From Octopus bimaculoides (lineage: Eukaryota): a stretch of 64,000 nt of DNA. Location of the stretch: contig NC_068998.1 in assembly GCF_001194135.2 (NCBI RefSeq), positions 48,505,296 through 48,569,295 on the forward strand, in the 5' to 3' direction. The translations under genes and the position numbers were made by a program. The notes below the pieces were generated by a model. That model was not told the DNA's origin, made no database searches, and worked only from the letters and a program-made list of their open reading frames with translations. This document shows, piece by piece, positions 36,411 to 49,725 of the stretch (positions are counted from its first letter, which is position 1; every line of letters starts with the position of its first letter).

Positions 36411-37929
36411 GTGCAGTGACATTCTTTATCATTCAGTGAATAAGAAACAAAATGAAAGTCCTCACATGAGTTCGATGTTTTACCTTGTAACAGCGACTTA
36501 ACTGCAATGAATAATGAATAATGAATAATGAAGATGGAGGCAGCTTAGAATGGTTGCTCAGCGATGATATTGATTTGTTTTGAGTAGACACACAGACAAG
36601 ATTTATAACAAAGCAAGTAAATTCTCTTAATTACCTCTTAATTACTAGTAATTAAGGGATTTCCGTAACTCAGGATATTCCTCTGGCATTTATGCATCAT
36701 GTATGATACACGTTATCAATTCTTTTCCAATTGCCAGCGTAACTTGGGACTTGTGGAAAGAAATCTTCATATGGCTCAGATATTATGAAACAAGGGTAAT
36801 CTAAAAATCCGAAAACCAGCATGATGTTTGAACAAATTTGTGAAAATGCTGTGGATAGGAAAGGATTAATTCTTTGTTGTATTTCAGGAGAAATTTATTG
36901 AGTGTCCTTGTAATGTTTTCTCTTTTATTGACCTTGTGGCGAATAATAAACCAATAAATTATTGATTTTGTTGTTTAACTCATTTACTGTCCTCTGTATT
37001 ACATATGATGGGACATATTTCCTTGGCACCCATGCTTCGTATATGATACGCATTCACCAATTTTTTTTTCAACCACTACAGTGTTACGGTTACTGCACGA
37101 AAAGGAAACAGTCCTCGTTAAACAAAACAGGTTTGGACAATAATAGTTATGTATTGAGAAATATGGTAAAAGTTTTACAATAATGGCAGTACAGAGTTGT
37201 TACAAAATAACTGAGTCAAGGAAAGACTTCCTCCCCACCACCACCCATTTTCTCACAAATTATTGTTGTTTTTTTTTTTCTTTGCCAAAAACCCATGTTT
37301 TCAGATACAGAGATTCTGGAAAATTGCCAAAAATGTGGGGATCTCCTATCCTATTCCTGTCCCTACACTAAGATATAAGGTCTTCTTACCTTGTCTATAC
37401 ACTAAAATATTGGGTCCTCTTACCTTGTCCCTGCACCAAAAAATAGTCCTTTCACCTTGTTAAACAAAAGAATAAAAAATCTAACATGCCTGACATAATC
37501 TCTTAGTTTGGGGTTCAAATTTTGCCTCATCCGACTGATACTTCTCACTCTCTGGGTCTCACCAAAATAAAATACATGTTATTGTTGTAGTGTCTGATGT
37601 TATGTTTGTTGTAACACAACCAAAATGAGGGCAGAGAAAGCAGTCTAGTTGGTTGATAACACCTACCAAGAACTGATCAGAATAGTGATGACCCACTCAC
37701 TTTCGACGCCCGTATAGAAAGTGGGTGCGCAGATGGAAAATAATAATGACGTTGTTGTCGCTGTTGCAGTTATTGTTCTTACTCCCACAACACTGGGATT
37801 GACAATCGCTTTTATTGTTGTTGCGTAGACCTCGATCAGGCATCATTTAGCAGAGCTATAGTCAAAGGTGTTGCTTACATGATCATTCTATCTGTATACA
37901 GGTGTTAGGTATCCCAGGATACCTTCACA

Positions 37930-38920
37930 TGACAGCTGTGTTCACTAGGTCAATAGTTCAATAAGCTAACATGACAACATGGTCATTCAATCAGTTGTTC
38001 AATACTCTACCTTGAGACAGCATTCACTAGGTCAGTAGTTCAATACCCTAACATGACACTGTGATCATTAGACCTCTAGTTCATACCCAAACATAACAGT
38101 GCGTTCACTAGAGATCACTAGTTCAATACCCAAACATAACAGTGCGTTCACTAGAGATCACTAGTTCATACCCAAACATAACAGTGCGTTCACTAGAGAT
38201 CACTAGTTCAATACCCAAACATAACAGTGTGTTCACTAGAGATCACTAGTTCATACCCAAACATAACAGTGCGTTCACTAGAGATCACTAGTTCAATACC
38301 CAAACATAACAGTGCGTTCACTAGAGGTCACTAGTTCAATACCCAAACATGATACTGTGTTCACTAGACCTCTAGTTCAATACCCAAATATAAGTGTGTT
38401 CAATAGATTTCTAGTTCAATACCGTAACATGACATTGTGTTCACTAGATCAGTAGTTCAATACAATAACCTAAGGTGCTGTTCACTAGCTCAGTAGTTCA
38501 ATAGCCTAACAGGGCACTGCATTAACCACATCTATAGCTAAGTATCCTAACATAATACTGTCTCCACTAGGTCACTGGTTCAATACCCAAACAGGACACT
38601 TCAATACTCTAATTTGAGATCCTGTTCACTAGATCGCTAAAACTCTAAACTGAGAATGTTCACTTGGACAATAGTTCAAATACTCTAATAGGACACTGCG
38701 TTCACTAGGCCAGTACCTCAGTATCCTAACCTGAAACCTGTGTTCACAAGATCAGTAGTTCAAACCTGAGACTGTTCACTAGGTCAGTAGTTGAACACCC
38801 TAATAGGACATTGTGTTTACTAGGTTAGTAGTTCAATACCCTAACATAACACCAGTGTTCACTGGGCCAGTAGTTCAATACCCAGAGATATTGTTCACTA
38901 GATCACTAGTTCAAACACCC
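37930..38920 (+). repeat. 41-43-bp minisatellite of about 1 kb with a homogeneous core
   Basis: Six near-identical units acataacagtgcgttcactagagatcactagttca(a)tacccaa at 38091-38346, with diverged units on both sides. Confidence 0.95.
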
Positions 38921-39530
38921 ACAACCTGAGAGCACCGCGTTTGATATAATCGAGGTAGACCCAACCGGTACTTGGTGGTCTTGTGCCAAAATTTGAAACT
39001 AATATTTACAAAAATGACTTATTGAATAATATGGAGTTATTATATGGGCATGAGGGCTAGAGATTTAGAGGCATTCAGGCCTTGCTAAGTAGAGGTGATA
39101 GGGAATATCAACAGGTTGAAATTGAAACTGGGTTGTTTGTTGTTGTAATGTTGTCGGCTCGAGATGAAAGGTGTTGATAATGTATACACACTGTTGATAG
39201 TCCGGAAACTGCAGTGTTTGTTCTGAGATAGTATCGCATATGGACTTGCTGTGTTAAAAACACAAATAGATATCTGAGAGAGACAGACAGACAGAGACAG
39301 TGGGAAGGAGGGAGGGAGATGAAAATTCATCCAAGAAGAGGAAGAAGGTGTAGAAGAGGAAAGAGGAGGGGGAGCAGGAGGAGGAAGAACAGGAACAAGA
39401 GGAGGGGCAACAGCAACAGCAGGAGGAGGAGGAGGAGGTGGTGGAGGAGGAGGTGGAGGAGGTGGATGAAGAGGAGGGTGGATTGGGGATGGTTAATAAG
39501 TCTATGAAGAAAATTGGGGAAAAGATTTAG

Positions 39531-39720
39531 ATACAGACATGGCTGTGTGCTAAGAGGCTTGCTTTCCATCCAAGCAGTTTCCGGTTCAGTTCCAGTGCAT
39601 GGCACCTCGGGCAAGTATTTTCTACCATAGCTTCAGGCTACCCAAAGCTTTTTATCAGTGGATTTGGTAGACAGAAAATGAAAAGAAGCTTGTCGTGTGC
39701 GTAAATATGTGTGTGTGCGT
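39531..39720 (+). mobile_element. SINE A left monomer, diverged
   Basis: catggctgtgtgctaag...ggttcagttcc..ggcacctcgggcaagta. Confidence 0.8.
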
Positions 39721-40904
39721 GTGGATATAGGAGAAAGGAATAAAAAATAAGAGAGTGGTAAAAGAATGAGAATAAAACAAAAATAAAAACATAAATAAAA
39801 ATTATAATAAAATTAATAAAATAAGGTAAAAATAAAGGTAATGGGAGATATATTATAAATGGGTTTTGTGAGTGAGTATGCATGGGAGAGAGGAGAAAGG
39901 GAATAAAAATAAGCTAAGATAGAGGTAACAGGGTAAAGAATAAAAATAAAAATAAATAAAAGTAAACAGTATTGTATGGGGGTTAGAGGTCAAACGTTAA
40001 AGTTTCAGTAGAGTGGAGGGGTGGAAGGCCAATCAAGGTAAGGTTATAAGGACAATAATTTAGTGCAGGTATTTAAAATTGTATTCCAAGTTTAATAGCA
40101 ATAAAATTATATGAAATAAAGGATTAAGAATTGAAATTAAAACACAAAATTAGAATTTAAAAAAAACAAAAAAAACACAAAAACTAAAATTTAAAAGTTA
40201 CTGAGTTGAAACTAGGTAGTTTCTAAGATACTTATATTGATAGAGAGGTAGGGGAAAATAAGAGTGTACACACACACACACGGGGGGGTAGCTGATGAAG
40301 GAAAATGTTCTCTATGTGGCCTGTGTGTGTTCTGTACTCTGGTTATTATTATTTTTTTGTCTACGTTTTATTTGCAATGTCCTGTACCCAGATATGCACC
40401 TATATATACAGGTAGACGTAGGTATGCACATACCTGTACATATATATGCATATACTCATTTANNNNNNNNNNNNNNNNNNNNNNNNNNNNNNNNNNNNNN
40501 NNNNNNNNNNNNNNNNNNNNNNNNNNNNNNNNNNNNNNNNNNNNNNNNNNNNNNNNNNNNNNNNNNNNNNNNNNNNNNNNNNNNNNNNNNNNNNNNNNNN
40601 NNNNNNNNNNNNNNNNNNNNNNNNNNNNNNNNNNNNNNNNNNNNNNNNNNNNNNNNNNNNNNNNNNNNNNNNNNNNNNNNNNNNNNNNNNNNNNNNNNNN
40701 NNNNNNNNNNNNNNNNNNNNNNNNNNNNNNNNNNNNNNNNNNNNNNNNNNNNNNNNNNNNNNNNNNNNNNNNNNNNNNNNNNNNNNNNNNNNNNNNNNNN
40801 NNNNNNNNNNNNNNNNCCATGGAACATGGAATATGGATGTTAACGTTTAACATCCATGTTCCATGTGTGGGACGGTACCTCAAAAGCCAGCCAGGTCAAA
40901 GCCT

Positions 40905-40958
<54 letters not shown>

Positions 40959-40984
40959 GCATTTCATCATGTTGAACTGTTAAT

Positions 40985-41135
40985 CGCTACACATTTTTTT
41001 CCTCTCATCCCTTTCTGTCAAAGAGCGTAAGCTCAAAACATCAAAGACTTTTCCATTCTACCCGACTGTCAAACTAATACACCTGCTTGTTGTTCCCTCA
41101 CCTGTGTTCATCTCTTGTTTTCTGTAAACTTGAAC
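40985..41135 (+). mobile_element. Penelope-like element terminus with a degenerate hammerhead-like core
   Basis: CTTT-CTGTCAAA-GAGC-gtaa-GCTC-AAAACAT-C-AAAG; same layout as the 14363-14398 motif. Confidence 0.5.
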
Positions 41136-41147
41136 TATGCTCATTAC

Positions 41148-41202
<55 letters not shown>

Positions 41203-41617
41203 TGCTTATACAAACACACACTTGTACAGACAAACATAAACATCCTAGTATGAAGAAAATCCCTAATGGTAAGCTTGTTCTATATTGCAGGAGTGTAATT
41301 CACTGTGTGTTAATGTTCAGTATGTGGACACTTGAAATATGTAATATATTCCACTTGATAAGACGTCTCAAATATTTCACTCACACACACGCACATACAC
41401 ACACACTCCTACCTAGAACACCAGCAACAACAACAAAATGTACAATAAACAAATAAACAATATATATATGAATGATTTAAGAGAGGTGTGTATGCATATG
41501 TAATATCATTATTGCCAGCGTATATAAACAGATGGGAGTGGTCCAATATTCACATGTATACAGCTAAACACACAAATATGAACTCACACATACATGTCAC
41601 ACCTCACCACACCACAC

Positions 41618-41674
<57 letters not shown>

Positions 41675-42394
41675 GTGTAAAAGTTTCAAGCAGTGATGTT
41701 AATTGAGTTAGGAAATGTGTTAACAAGTGGTTATTTCTTCCATTTGGCAGCTTTACTTGATAGAATTGCCGTTCAGCTTATGACCAGGATATGGTTTCAT
41801 TTGCTGTTTGAAGACACTTCACCATATTTCTGCTGCCAACGCAAATGACAACAGTAGAAATGCCACTGCATTTCCCCTGAAGTACAGGACTTTTCTTCCC
41901 TTCCCATTTCCGCTGTTTTTTCTGTCTTGCAAACCAGTACACGCTGAAATGCAGTTGGTGTTAAGAGTTAAGAAGAGCATCCAGCCATAGAAAACGTGCT
42001 GAAGCCCACAATAAAACTTGGCACAACCTTGCAGCTCACCACTGCATAAACTTAAAATACAAGACCTTTGCGTTTTGTCTCTTGCCATTCTTTTTCTGTA
42101 TTACAACCCACTTGACAATCTCACTACTGCTGATGGCTTGAAAATAAAAAAAAAAAAGCACCCAGAACACACCATAAGATGTTTGGCGTTAGAAAGGGCA
42201 TCTAGACATAGAAAACTTATCAAAGCTGACACTGCAGTTTGCTGTGTTCTATCAAATGGTTCAACTCATGCCAGCATGGAAAACGGATGTTAAATGACAA
42301 TGACGATGATGATGACTCGTGCGTTAAAAATAGTATCTTCATAGGGACACAGATTCAGATTTAAAGAAGAAAGATGAAACTAAGATGTAAAATA

Positions 42395-42845
42395 GACATC
42401 TGTGGCTATGTGGTAAGAAGTTTGCTTCCCAACCACATGGTTCTAGGTTCAGTCCCACTGGGTGGCACCTTGGGCAAGTGTCTTCTGTTATAGCACGAAC
42501 CAATCAAAACCTTACGAACTGAGAGGAAAGAAGTCTGGTATGTGTGTGTGCGCGTGTGCATGTGTGCTTGAGTGTCTCCTTGACTCTGATAGTTGTAAAT
42601 GATTGATTATCGTCATTAATGCAGTGCTCTTCATTTCCAGTCTGCCATGACAAACATGTCTGGCCACGGGGGAAATATTCACCTCACCTGGGAACAGGTG
42701 AGGGCTGGAAAAAAGGATGGGCATCCAGCCGTAGAAAATCCACCTCAGCAAATTCTATTCAATCCATGACAACATGGAAAAGTGGATCTTAAAATGATGA
42801 AGATGACGATGATGATAACGTTGATGATGTCGATGATGATGATAC
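42395..42845 (+). mobile_element. SINE family A2, full-length, ending in a (GAT)n tail
   Basis: A head and CORE, linker, then ggggaaatatt..aacaggtgagggctgg..gggcatccagccgtagaaaatc..catggaaaagtggatcttaaaatgatg. Confidence 0.85.
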
Positions 42846-43227
42846 ATCAGTTTTTGGCAGTGTGCAATTTGTGCATGCTTATATTCAACATCAGCTTTTG
42901 GGGAATATACAATATACAATTCTGTGTGTATATATTCTGTATGGGTTTTTGGGAAAGTACATTTGCGTGTGTATAAACTTTACATCAGTTTTTGGCAGTG
43001 TACAGATTGTGTATGTATATATTCTGCCTAAGTTTTGCTTTACTCTGGCATTTGTCTTGTTTCTTGGGGTGTTCTAGTGTTCTGTCTATTGTTTATGTTA
43101 TATTCTTGTGTGTAGTGGTGATGGTGGTGGTGTGACTAAGTGCAGTCAGTGTTGCGTGTGAGCTGGTGGTGGCAGCGGCGGTGGCAGTGTGTGGGATGTT
43201 ATTATTTTTAGTCGAATCTAAGGTAGA

Positions 43228-43340
43228 AAGCTGGCAGAGTCATTACTCTGTCGGACAAAAATGCTTAGCATTTCTCCTGGCTCTGCTGAATTTGATTTTG
43301 CTTTGCATCCTTTTAGGGGTCGATATAAAATAAGTACCAA
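43228..43340 (+). mobile_element. SINE B fragment
   Basis: agctggcagagtc...ttgctttgcatccttttaggggtcgatataaaataagtacc. Confidence 0.7.
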
Positions 43341-43917
43341 TTTAACAAAAACCATATCAAAAAGCCGCCAGTTTTTCTGTCAGTTTGCGAACTTCCACTT
43401 ATCAATTAACGAAACGCAATTCTCATATTAATTTCATAAAGTCATCACTGGAGCAAATATCACTGCAGGTTGTACCCAACATTAAAGTGTTGTCACCTTG
43501 GTATAACTTCATTAAGGCTCTGTCCTCAGCCTACTTCTGTTCAATGTCAGCATCTACCACTTCTTCCCTAAATGTGTTGACCATTTGCCAACACTTCAAA
43601 CCCTTATTTTCAGTCATATTCTGCCAGTCAACTTTTGCTTTACATCATTCCAGATTTGAGAGATTAGATAAAGTATCATAGTGGATAAAGGATAAAGGCC
43701 CTTCCCAAGTCGTACAGACTCATAACGGCTGGTTTCCAGGTTTCCATGGCATATGTATTCCCCACCTGGATGGGACACCATTCCGTCACAAGTTTCTACA
43801 GCTGGGTGCCCTTCCTAATACCCACCACCCTAAGAGTGTAGTGGGTGCTCTTTACATGCCACCGGCACAGGTGCCAGTTACAAAATACTGACATCAGGCA
43901 TGACTACAATCTTATCA

Positions 43918-43956
<39 letters not shown>

Positions 43957-44284
43957 NNNNNNNNNNNNNNNNNNNNNNNNNNNNNNNNNNNNNNNNNNNN
44001 NNNNNNNNNNNNNNNNNNNNNNNNNNNNNNNNNNNNNNNNNNNNNNNNNNNNNNNNNNNNNNNNNNNNNNNNNNNNNNNNNNNNNNNNNNNNNNNNNNNN
44101 NNNNNNNNNNNNNNNNNNNNNNNAACTATAGTAAAAAAAACTATTGCTCGAGGTTCCGTGCACTGAGATTGAACTGAGAACCATGTGGTTGGAAAGCAAA
44201 CTTCTTACCACACAGCCATGCTTGAGCCTATATATTTGGTGTGTCAAATGTATGTGTGCTGGAGTGAGAGATTGTTGGTATATG

Positions 44285-44325
<41 letters not shown>

Positions 44326-44784
44326 ATGGGTGTATGTGTAAAAGACAGAGCATATGTGTGCGTGTACATAACAAAGCTAGAAAGAGAGAAAAAAAATGTT
44401 TATTTACGATTTGACTAGTTTTAAAGTGGAGCCCGGCTGTGTCTGTATAAACCTATCATTTTATGACAACAATAATATTATTTTACACACAATCACAGTT
44501 TCTCAACAAACTCTGCCCAGACTGAATCGGTAAACATTTATTTTCCCCTCATTCAGCTTTAACATGACAGTAATCTCAACACTTTACTATCAATCATCTA
44601 GTAGCACGACTACCACGTAGGAGCTACATTCAATACACCATGTGGGGGTTGCATTTAATATTAAATGGGACTTAGTCTCAAATGCCATGTGGGAGATACC
44701 ATATTATATAGGCGTGTTATTCTCACCATAACTTGTTGGGGTTGTACTCCATATGGCATCTAGGAGTTGCACTCACTATACCAT

Positions 44785-45045
44785 CAACATCATCATCATC
44801 ATCATTTAATGTCCATCTTCCATGATGGCACAGGTTGGATGGTCTGACAGGAGCTGACAAGCCAGAGTGCTTCACCAGGCTCCAAATGTCTGTTTTGGCA
44901 TGGTTTCTATGGCTGGATGCCCTTCCTAATGTCAACCACATAACAGAGTTTACTGGGAGCTTTCTAACTGGCACCAACACAGGTGCTTTATACGTGGGCC
45001 CAGCACGTGGCACCAGCAGGGTCACCAAGTAGCTTGCAAGACATA
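44785..45045 (-). mobile_element. Family D retroposon, diverged
   Basis: (CAT)n, tttaatgtcc, ctggatgcccttcctaatgtcaaccac. Confidence 0.8.
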
Positions 45046-45111
45046 GATTTCTAGGCTGAGAAAGGGAGTGGCACCAAGGGAGGTGGCTGTGAGCCAGGTG
45101 AGAGGTTGAAG

Positions 45112-45290
45112 CAGCATTTCTAAACCGGGGTTCTCCAGAACCCTAGGGTCCCACAAATGGTTCCTAGGGGTTCCGCAAGAAGGAGTGAGATAAGCCAATG
45201 CTAATTTCATGAATGTAATATTACTAATCATGCACAACATCCTATGTAACCTATTATGTTATCAAAAGAATCCGTAATTTATGGACACCC
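45112..45290. mobile_element. hAT-like MITE left end, truncated by the adjacent D insertion
   Basis: cagcatttctaaaccggggttctccagaaccctagggtccc resembles a hAT CAG-type TIR with a subterminal palindrome. Confidence 0.5.
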
Positions 45291-45295
45291 CATAT

Positions 45296-45693
45296 ATCAT
45301 CATCATCATCATCATCGTTTAACGTCCGCTTTCCATGCTAGCATGGGTTGGACGATTTGACTGAGGACTGGTGAAACCGGATGGCAACACCAGGCTCCAA
45401 TCTAATTTGGCAGAGTTTCTACAGCTGGATGCCCTTCCTAACGCCAACCACTCAGAGAGTGTAGTGGGTGCTTTTACGTGTCACCCGCACGAAAACGGCC
45501 ACGCTCGAAATGGTGTCTTTTATGTGCCACCCGNNNNNNNNNNNNNNNNNNNNNNNNNNNNNNNNNNNNNNNNNNNNNNNNNNNNNNNNNNNNNNNNNNN
45601 NNNNNNNNNNNNNNNNNNNNNNNNNNNNNNNNNNNNNNNNNNNNNNNNNNNNNNNNNNNNNNNNNNNNNNNNGCATCTCATGTGCCACCCGTA
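45296..45693 (-). mobile_element. Family D retroposon, young copy (contains a gap)
   Basis: Near-identical to 21228 over about 200 nt. Confidence 0.9.
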
Positions 45694-45732
<39 letters not shown>

Positions 45733-46514
45733 TTACCATGTGAACTATGATGAAAAAATATGAGAAAGATATGGTATATATTTTTTTTTGTGCAAGGGTT
45801 CCTTGAGACGTGTAATTTATTTTAAGGGTTACACAAAGGTAAAAAGATCGACTTTGCCTTTCATCCTTTTGCAGGGTCAATAAATTAAGTACCAGTTGCA
45901 TACTGGTCGATCTAATTGACAGCCCCCCCCCCAAAAAGAATTTCGAGCCTTGTGTCTGGATTAGAGAAAAATATGTGAAGCATCCTCTGTTTGGCGAACA
46001 CTGAAGCAATGGATTGAAATATCAATGTAAAGTATCTTTACATTTAAAGAGTTTATTATGAGTGGAGTAGTTTTTAACTTAACTTATGGGCTTGGTTGGC
46101 ACCGGTTAATCTAAGGCAATGATACAAAGTACTTGCCGAAAGGTGCCATGCAGCAGTTGTGAACCCACAAACTATGTGAATGCAAAGCAAATTTTTTCAA
46201 GCTCATTGCAATCCTTTGCCCATTCATAGATAAGAGCTAAATCTAAGCCATCATGCTTATCTAAAACAGATATCAATAGCCTAGGTCTATCCTCAACTGC
46301 CTCAAGTACCGTTTTATCAGGCATATAAGTCGCCAGAGTCTATAGTGTAAACATGCAGTGCAAACACTCAGACATCATCGCTATCTTTGCAAATCCGGTT
46401 GTATTTCACATGTGATTTTTGGTCCTCCAAAATTGTCAAGGTGTTGATCTACCATGGTTTAGCTGTAAATTTTGATCTGAGAATTTCAACTTGTATGTCA
46501 GAGAATACAGTATC

Positions 46515-46945
46515 ATTACCATCACCATCATCATCATTATTATTTAATGTCCATTGTCCATGCTGGCATGAGTTGGGCAACTTGACCAGGCTGTCAAGCT
46601 GAAAAGCTGCACAAGACTTCAGTCTGATTTGACATGGTTTTCCACAGCTGGGTGCTAATGCCAATTACTCCAAGAGTGTAAAGAGTGCTTTTATGTGCCA
46701 CTGGCACGAGTGCCATTTGTGCGACACCGGGGTGCTTTTATGTGCCACCAGCACAGGTGCCAGTTTGTGTGACACTGGTATCAGCCACGACTGTGATTTT
46801 GCTTGGCTTGATGGGTCTTCTTCTCAAGCACGAGATAATGCCAAAGGTCTTGGTCGTTGCCTCTGTGAGGCCCAACGCTCAAAAGGAACTCAGCCACTTT
46901 GCATCCATGAGGCCCAACACTCAATGCCCGAAAGAAATATAAATA
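46515..46945 (-). mobile_element. RTE-LINE 3' end: ORF terminus plus D-type 3'UTR
   Basis: Minus-strand DQDLWHYLVLEKKTHQAK (RTE C-terminal-like) runs directly into the D-type UTR and (GAT)n tail. Confidence 0.7.
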
Positions 46946-46964
46946 TACAAATATAAAACACATA

Positions 46965-47125
46965 TATACGACAGGCTTCTTTCAGTTTCCATCGACCAAA
47001 TCCACTCACAAGGCTTTGGTCGGCCCGAGGCTATAGTAGAAGACACTTGCCCAAGGTGCCACGCAGTGGGAATGAACCCGGAACCATGTGGTTGGTAAGC
47101 AAGCTACTTACCACGCAGCCACTCC
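46965..47125 (-). mobile_element. SINE A left monomer, young
   Basis: Near-identical to 750-914. Confidence 0.9.
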
Positions 47126-47435
47126 AGAAATTGTTGCCACTTTTAATATACAAGTTCAATATGTAATCTCCTGTCCATCCTGACCTGGTCAATAGCTGAA
47201 AATGGAAGGGTTCCCCCAGCAGTGACAAGTACAAATGCATCTAATTTCTCAGAACTAGTCATTTACTAACGAGTTAGCATGTTGCCTTAACATAAATGAT
47301 GGTGATGATGATGATGATGATGATACAGTATTAGATGTGACTACATTGTGGCTGGTCACATCTCACTGACCACTTGAATAACATAGTGAGTGCCTGTGTG
47401 AAGGGAAGACAAATATGTGTGATGACAGGTGTGGA

Positions 47436-47466
<31 letters not shown>

Positions 47467-48315
47467 GACAGGTGTATATCCATTTGTGTGTATGTGTGTG
47501 TAAAGACTACATGTGAGTGTGTGACTGTGTGTGCGTGTGTGTGTGTGTGTGTGTGTAATGACAGGTGTGAATGAGGGATGAAGACTGGTGAATGTCAGNN
47601 NNNNNNNNNNNNNNNNNNNNNNNNNNNNNNNNNNNNNNNNNNNNNNNNNNNNNNNNNNNNNNNNNNNNNNNNNNNNNNNNNNNNNNNNNNNNNNNNNNNN
47701 NNNNNNNNNNNNNNNNNNNNNNNNNNNNNNNNNNNNNNNNNNNNNNNNNNNNNNNNNNNNNNNNNNNNNNNNNNNNNNNNNNNNNNNNNNNNNNNNNNNN
47801 NNNNNNNNNNNNNNNNNNNNNNNNNNNNNNNNNNNNNNNNNNNNNNNNNNNNNNNNNNNNNNNNNNNNNNNNNNNNNNNNNNNNNNNNNNNNNNNNNNNN
47901 NNNNNNNNNNNNNNNNNNNNNNNNNNNNNNNNNNNNNNNNNNNNNNNNNNNNNNNNNNNNNNNNNNNNNNNNNNNNNNNNNNNNNNNNNNNNNNNNNNNN
48001 NNNNNNNNNNNNNNNNNNNNNNNNNNNNNNNNNNNNNNNNNNNNNNNNNNNNNNNNNNNNNNNNNNNNNNNNNNNNNNNNNNNNNNNNNNNNNNNNNNNN
48101 NNNNNNNNNNNNNNNNNNNNNNNNNNNNNNNNNNNNNNNNNNNNNNNNNNNNNNNNNNNNNNNNNNNATTGTATCGTTATTGTCTTCTCCACCTACAGCC
48201 CAACTACACAACAAACTTCTCTCTCCCTCCCTCTCTCTCACTGCCACTGACCAAACGCAAAGATCTTCAGCCAATGGAAATACACTATACAGACACACAG
48301 ACACACAGACATCAT

Positions 48316-48745
48316 CATCATCATTTAATGTCTGCTTTCTATGCTGGCATGTGTTGGATAGTTTGACAGGAGTTGGCTAGGCAGAAGACTACACCAGCCT
48401 TCAGTGACTGTTTTTTTTTTCCATGGTCTTTTACAGCTGGATGCCCTTCCTAACACTAACCACCCTGCAGAGTTGACCGAGTGCTTTTTACATGCCACCT
48501 CCACAGTTGAGGTCAGTTTTGTCATGGTTTTTACAGCTCGATGCCCTTCCAAATGCCAACCACTTTGCAGTGTGGACTAGATGCTTTTTATGTGATACCA
48601 GCACAGGTGATGTCAGTTTCCATAAGGTTTTTACAGCTGGATGCCCATCCGAATACCAACCACTTTACAATGTGTCCTGGATGCTTTTCATGTGGCACCA
48701 ACACTGACAGGGTCACCAAGTAACTTCCAAGCCAAAAAATCTTTT
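48316..48745 (-). mobile_element. Family D copy with a triplicated internal block
   Basis: ttttacagctggatgccc..aaccac at about 48430, 48530 and 48630. Confidence 0.8.
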
Positions 48746-49306
48746 GATACATTTCTATATTAATAAGTAGCAGTAGTAGTAGTAGTAGTACAGAATGTGG
48801 TGGTGGCGGTGGTAGTGGAGTGAGTGAGATGGTTAGATAATTAAGTGTAAACAAAAGAAAAGAAGGAAAAAAAAAACAGAATTAGGAGATGGAGAGGAAT
48901 GGTCTGTTGTGGTCTTTATGTTCTCCTCTCGTCCTAGAAGTGGCACAATCCTGTGATTTGATCTCGCTTCGCCAGTATTCGTCAGCTGATAGCTTTAAAC
49001 ACCAGATAGTCTTTCAGTTCCTGTGTCTCATCTGTCATTAAACATTCCACAGATCAGTCTTAACTCATTTTTCTCGACCCTCCTCTCCCATGACTTCCAC
49101 CTCTCAGTAACATTACACGGCTTCACACACAAATTCGTGCAGTCTGTCTTGGAAATAGAGAATCCAATTGTTGCTGTGGTTGTTATTATTTAGTTCAAGA
49201 TAGGCTTTGACTGAGCAGACTTTACGATCAAAGGCCTTCGGGTCATACCCATCCCACTTCCCTAACTTTTGCAGTCATTCTTCATTTGCTGGTGATAGCG
49301 TATTTT

Positions 49307-49725
49307 ACTCTCTTACTCTTTTACTTGTTTCAGGCATTTGACTGTGGCCATGCTGGAGCACCACCTTTAGTCGAGCAAATCGACCGCAGGACTTATTCTT
49401 TGTAAGCCTAGTACTTATTCTATCGGTCTCTTTTGCCGAACCACTAAGTTACGGGGACGTAAACACACCAGCATCGGTTGTCAAGCGATGTTGGGGGGAC
49501 AAACACAGACACACAAACATACACATACACACACACACACACATATATATATATACATATATATGAGAGGCTTCTTTCAGTTTCCATCTACCAAATCCAC
49601 TCACAAGGCTTTGGTTGGCCCGAGGCTATAGTAGAAGACACTTGCCCAAGATGCCACGCAGTGGGACTGAACCCGGAACCATGTGGTTGGTAAGCAAGCT
49701 ACTTACCACACAGCCACTCCTACGC
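49307..49725 (-). mobile_element. SINE family A, full-length, young
   Basis: Near-identical to 508-914, including the terminal gccactcctacgcc. Confidence 0.92.

Noticed and set aside
36637-36656. Perfect 20-bp palindrome cttaattactagtaattaag
   Set aside because: Very AT-rich with an adjacent partial duplication; plausibly a local replication-slippage product with no other support.
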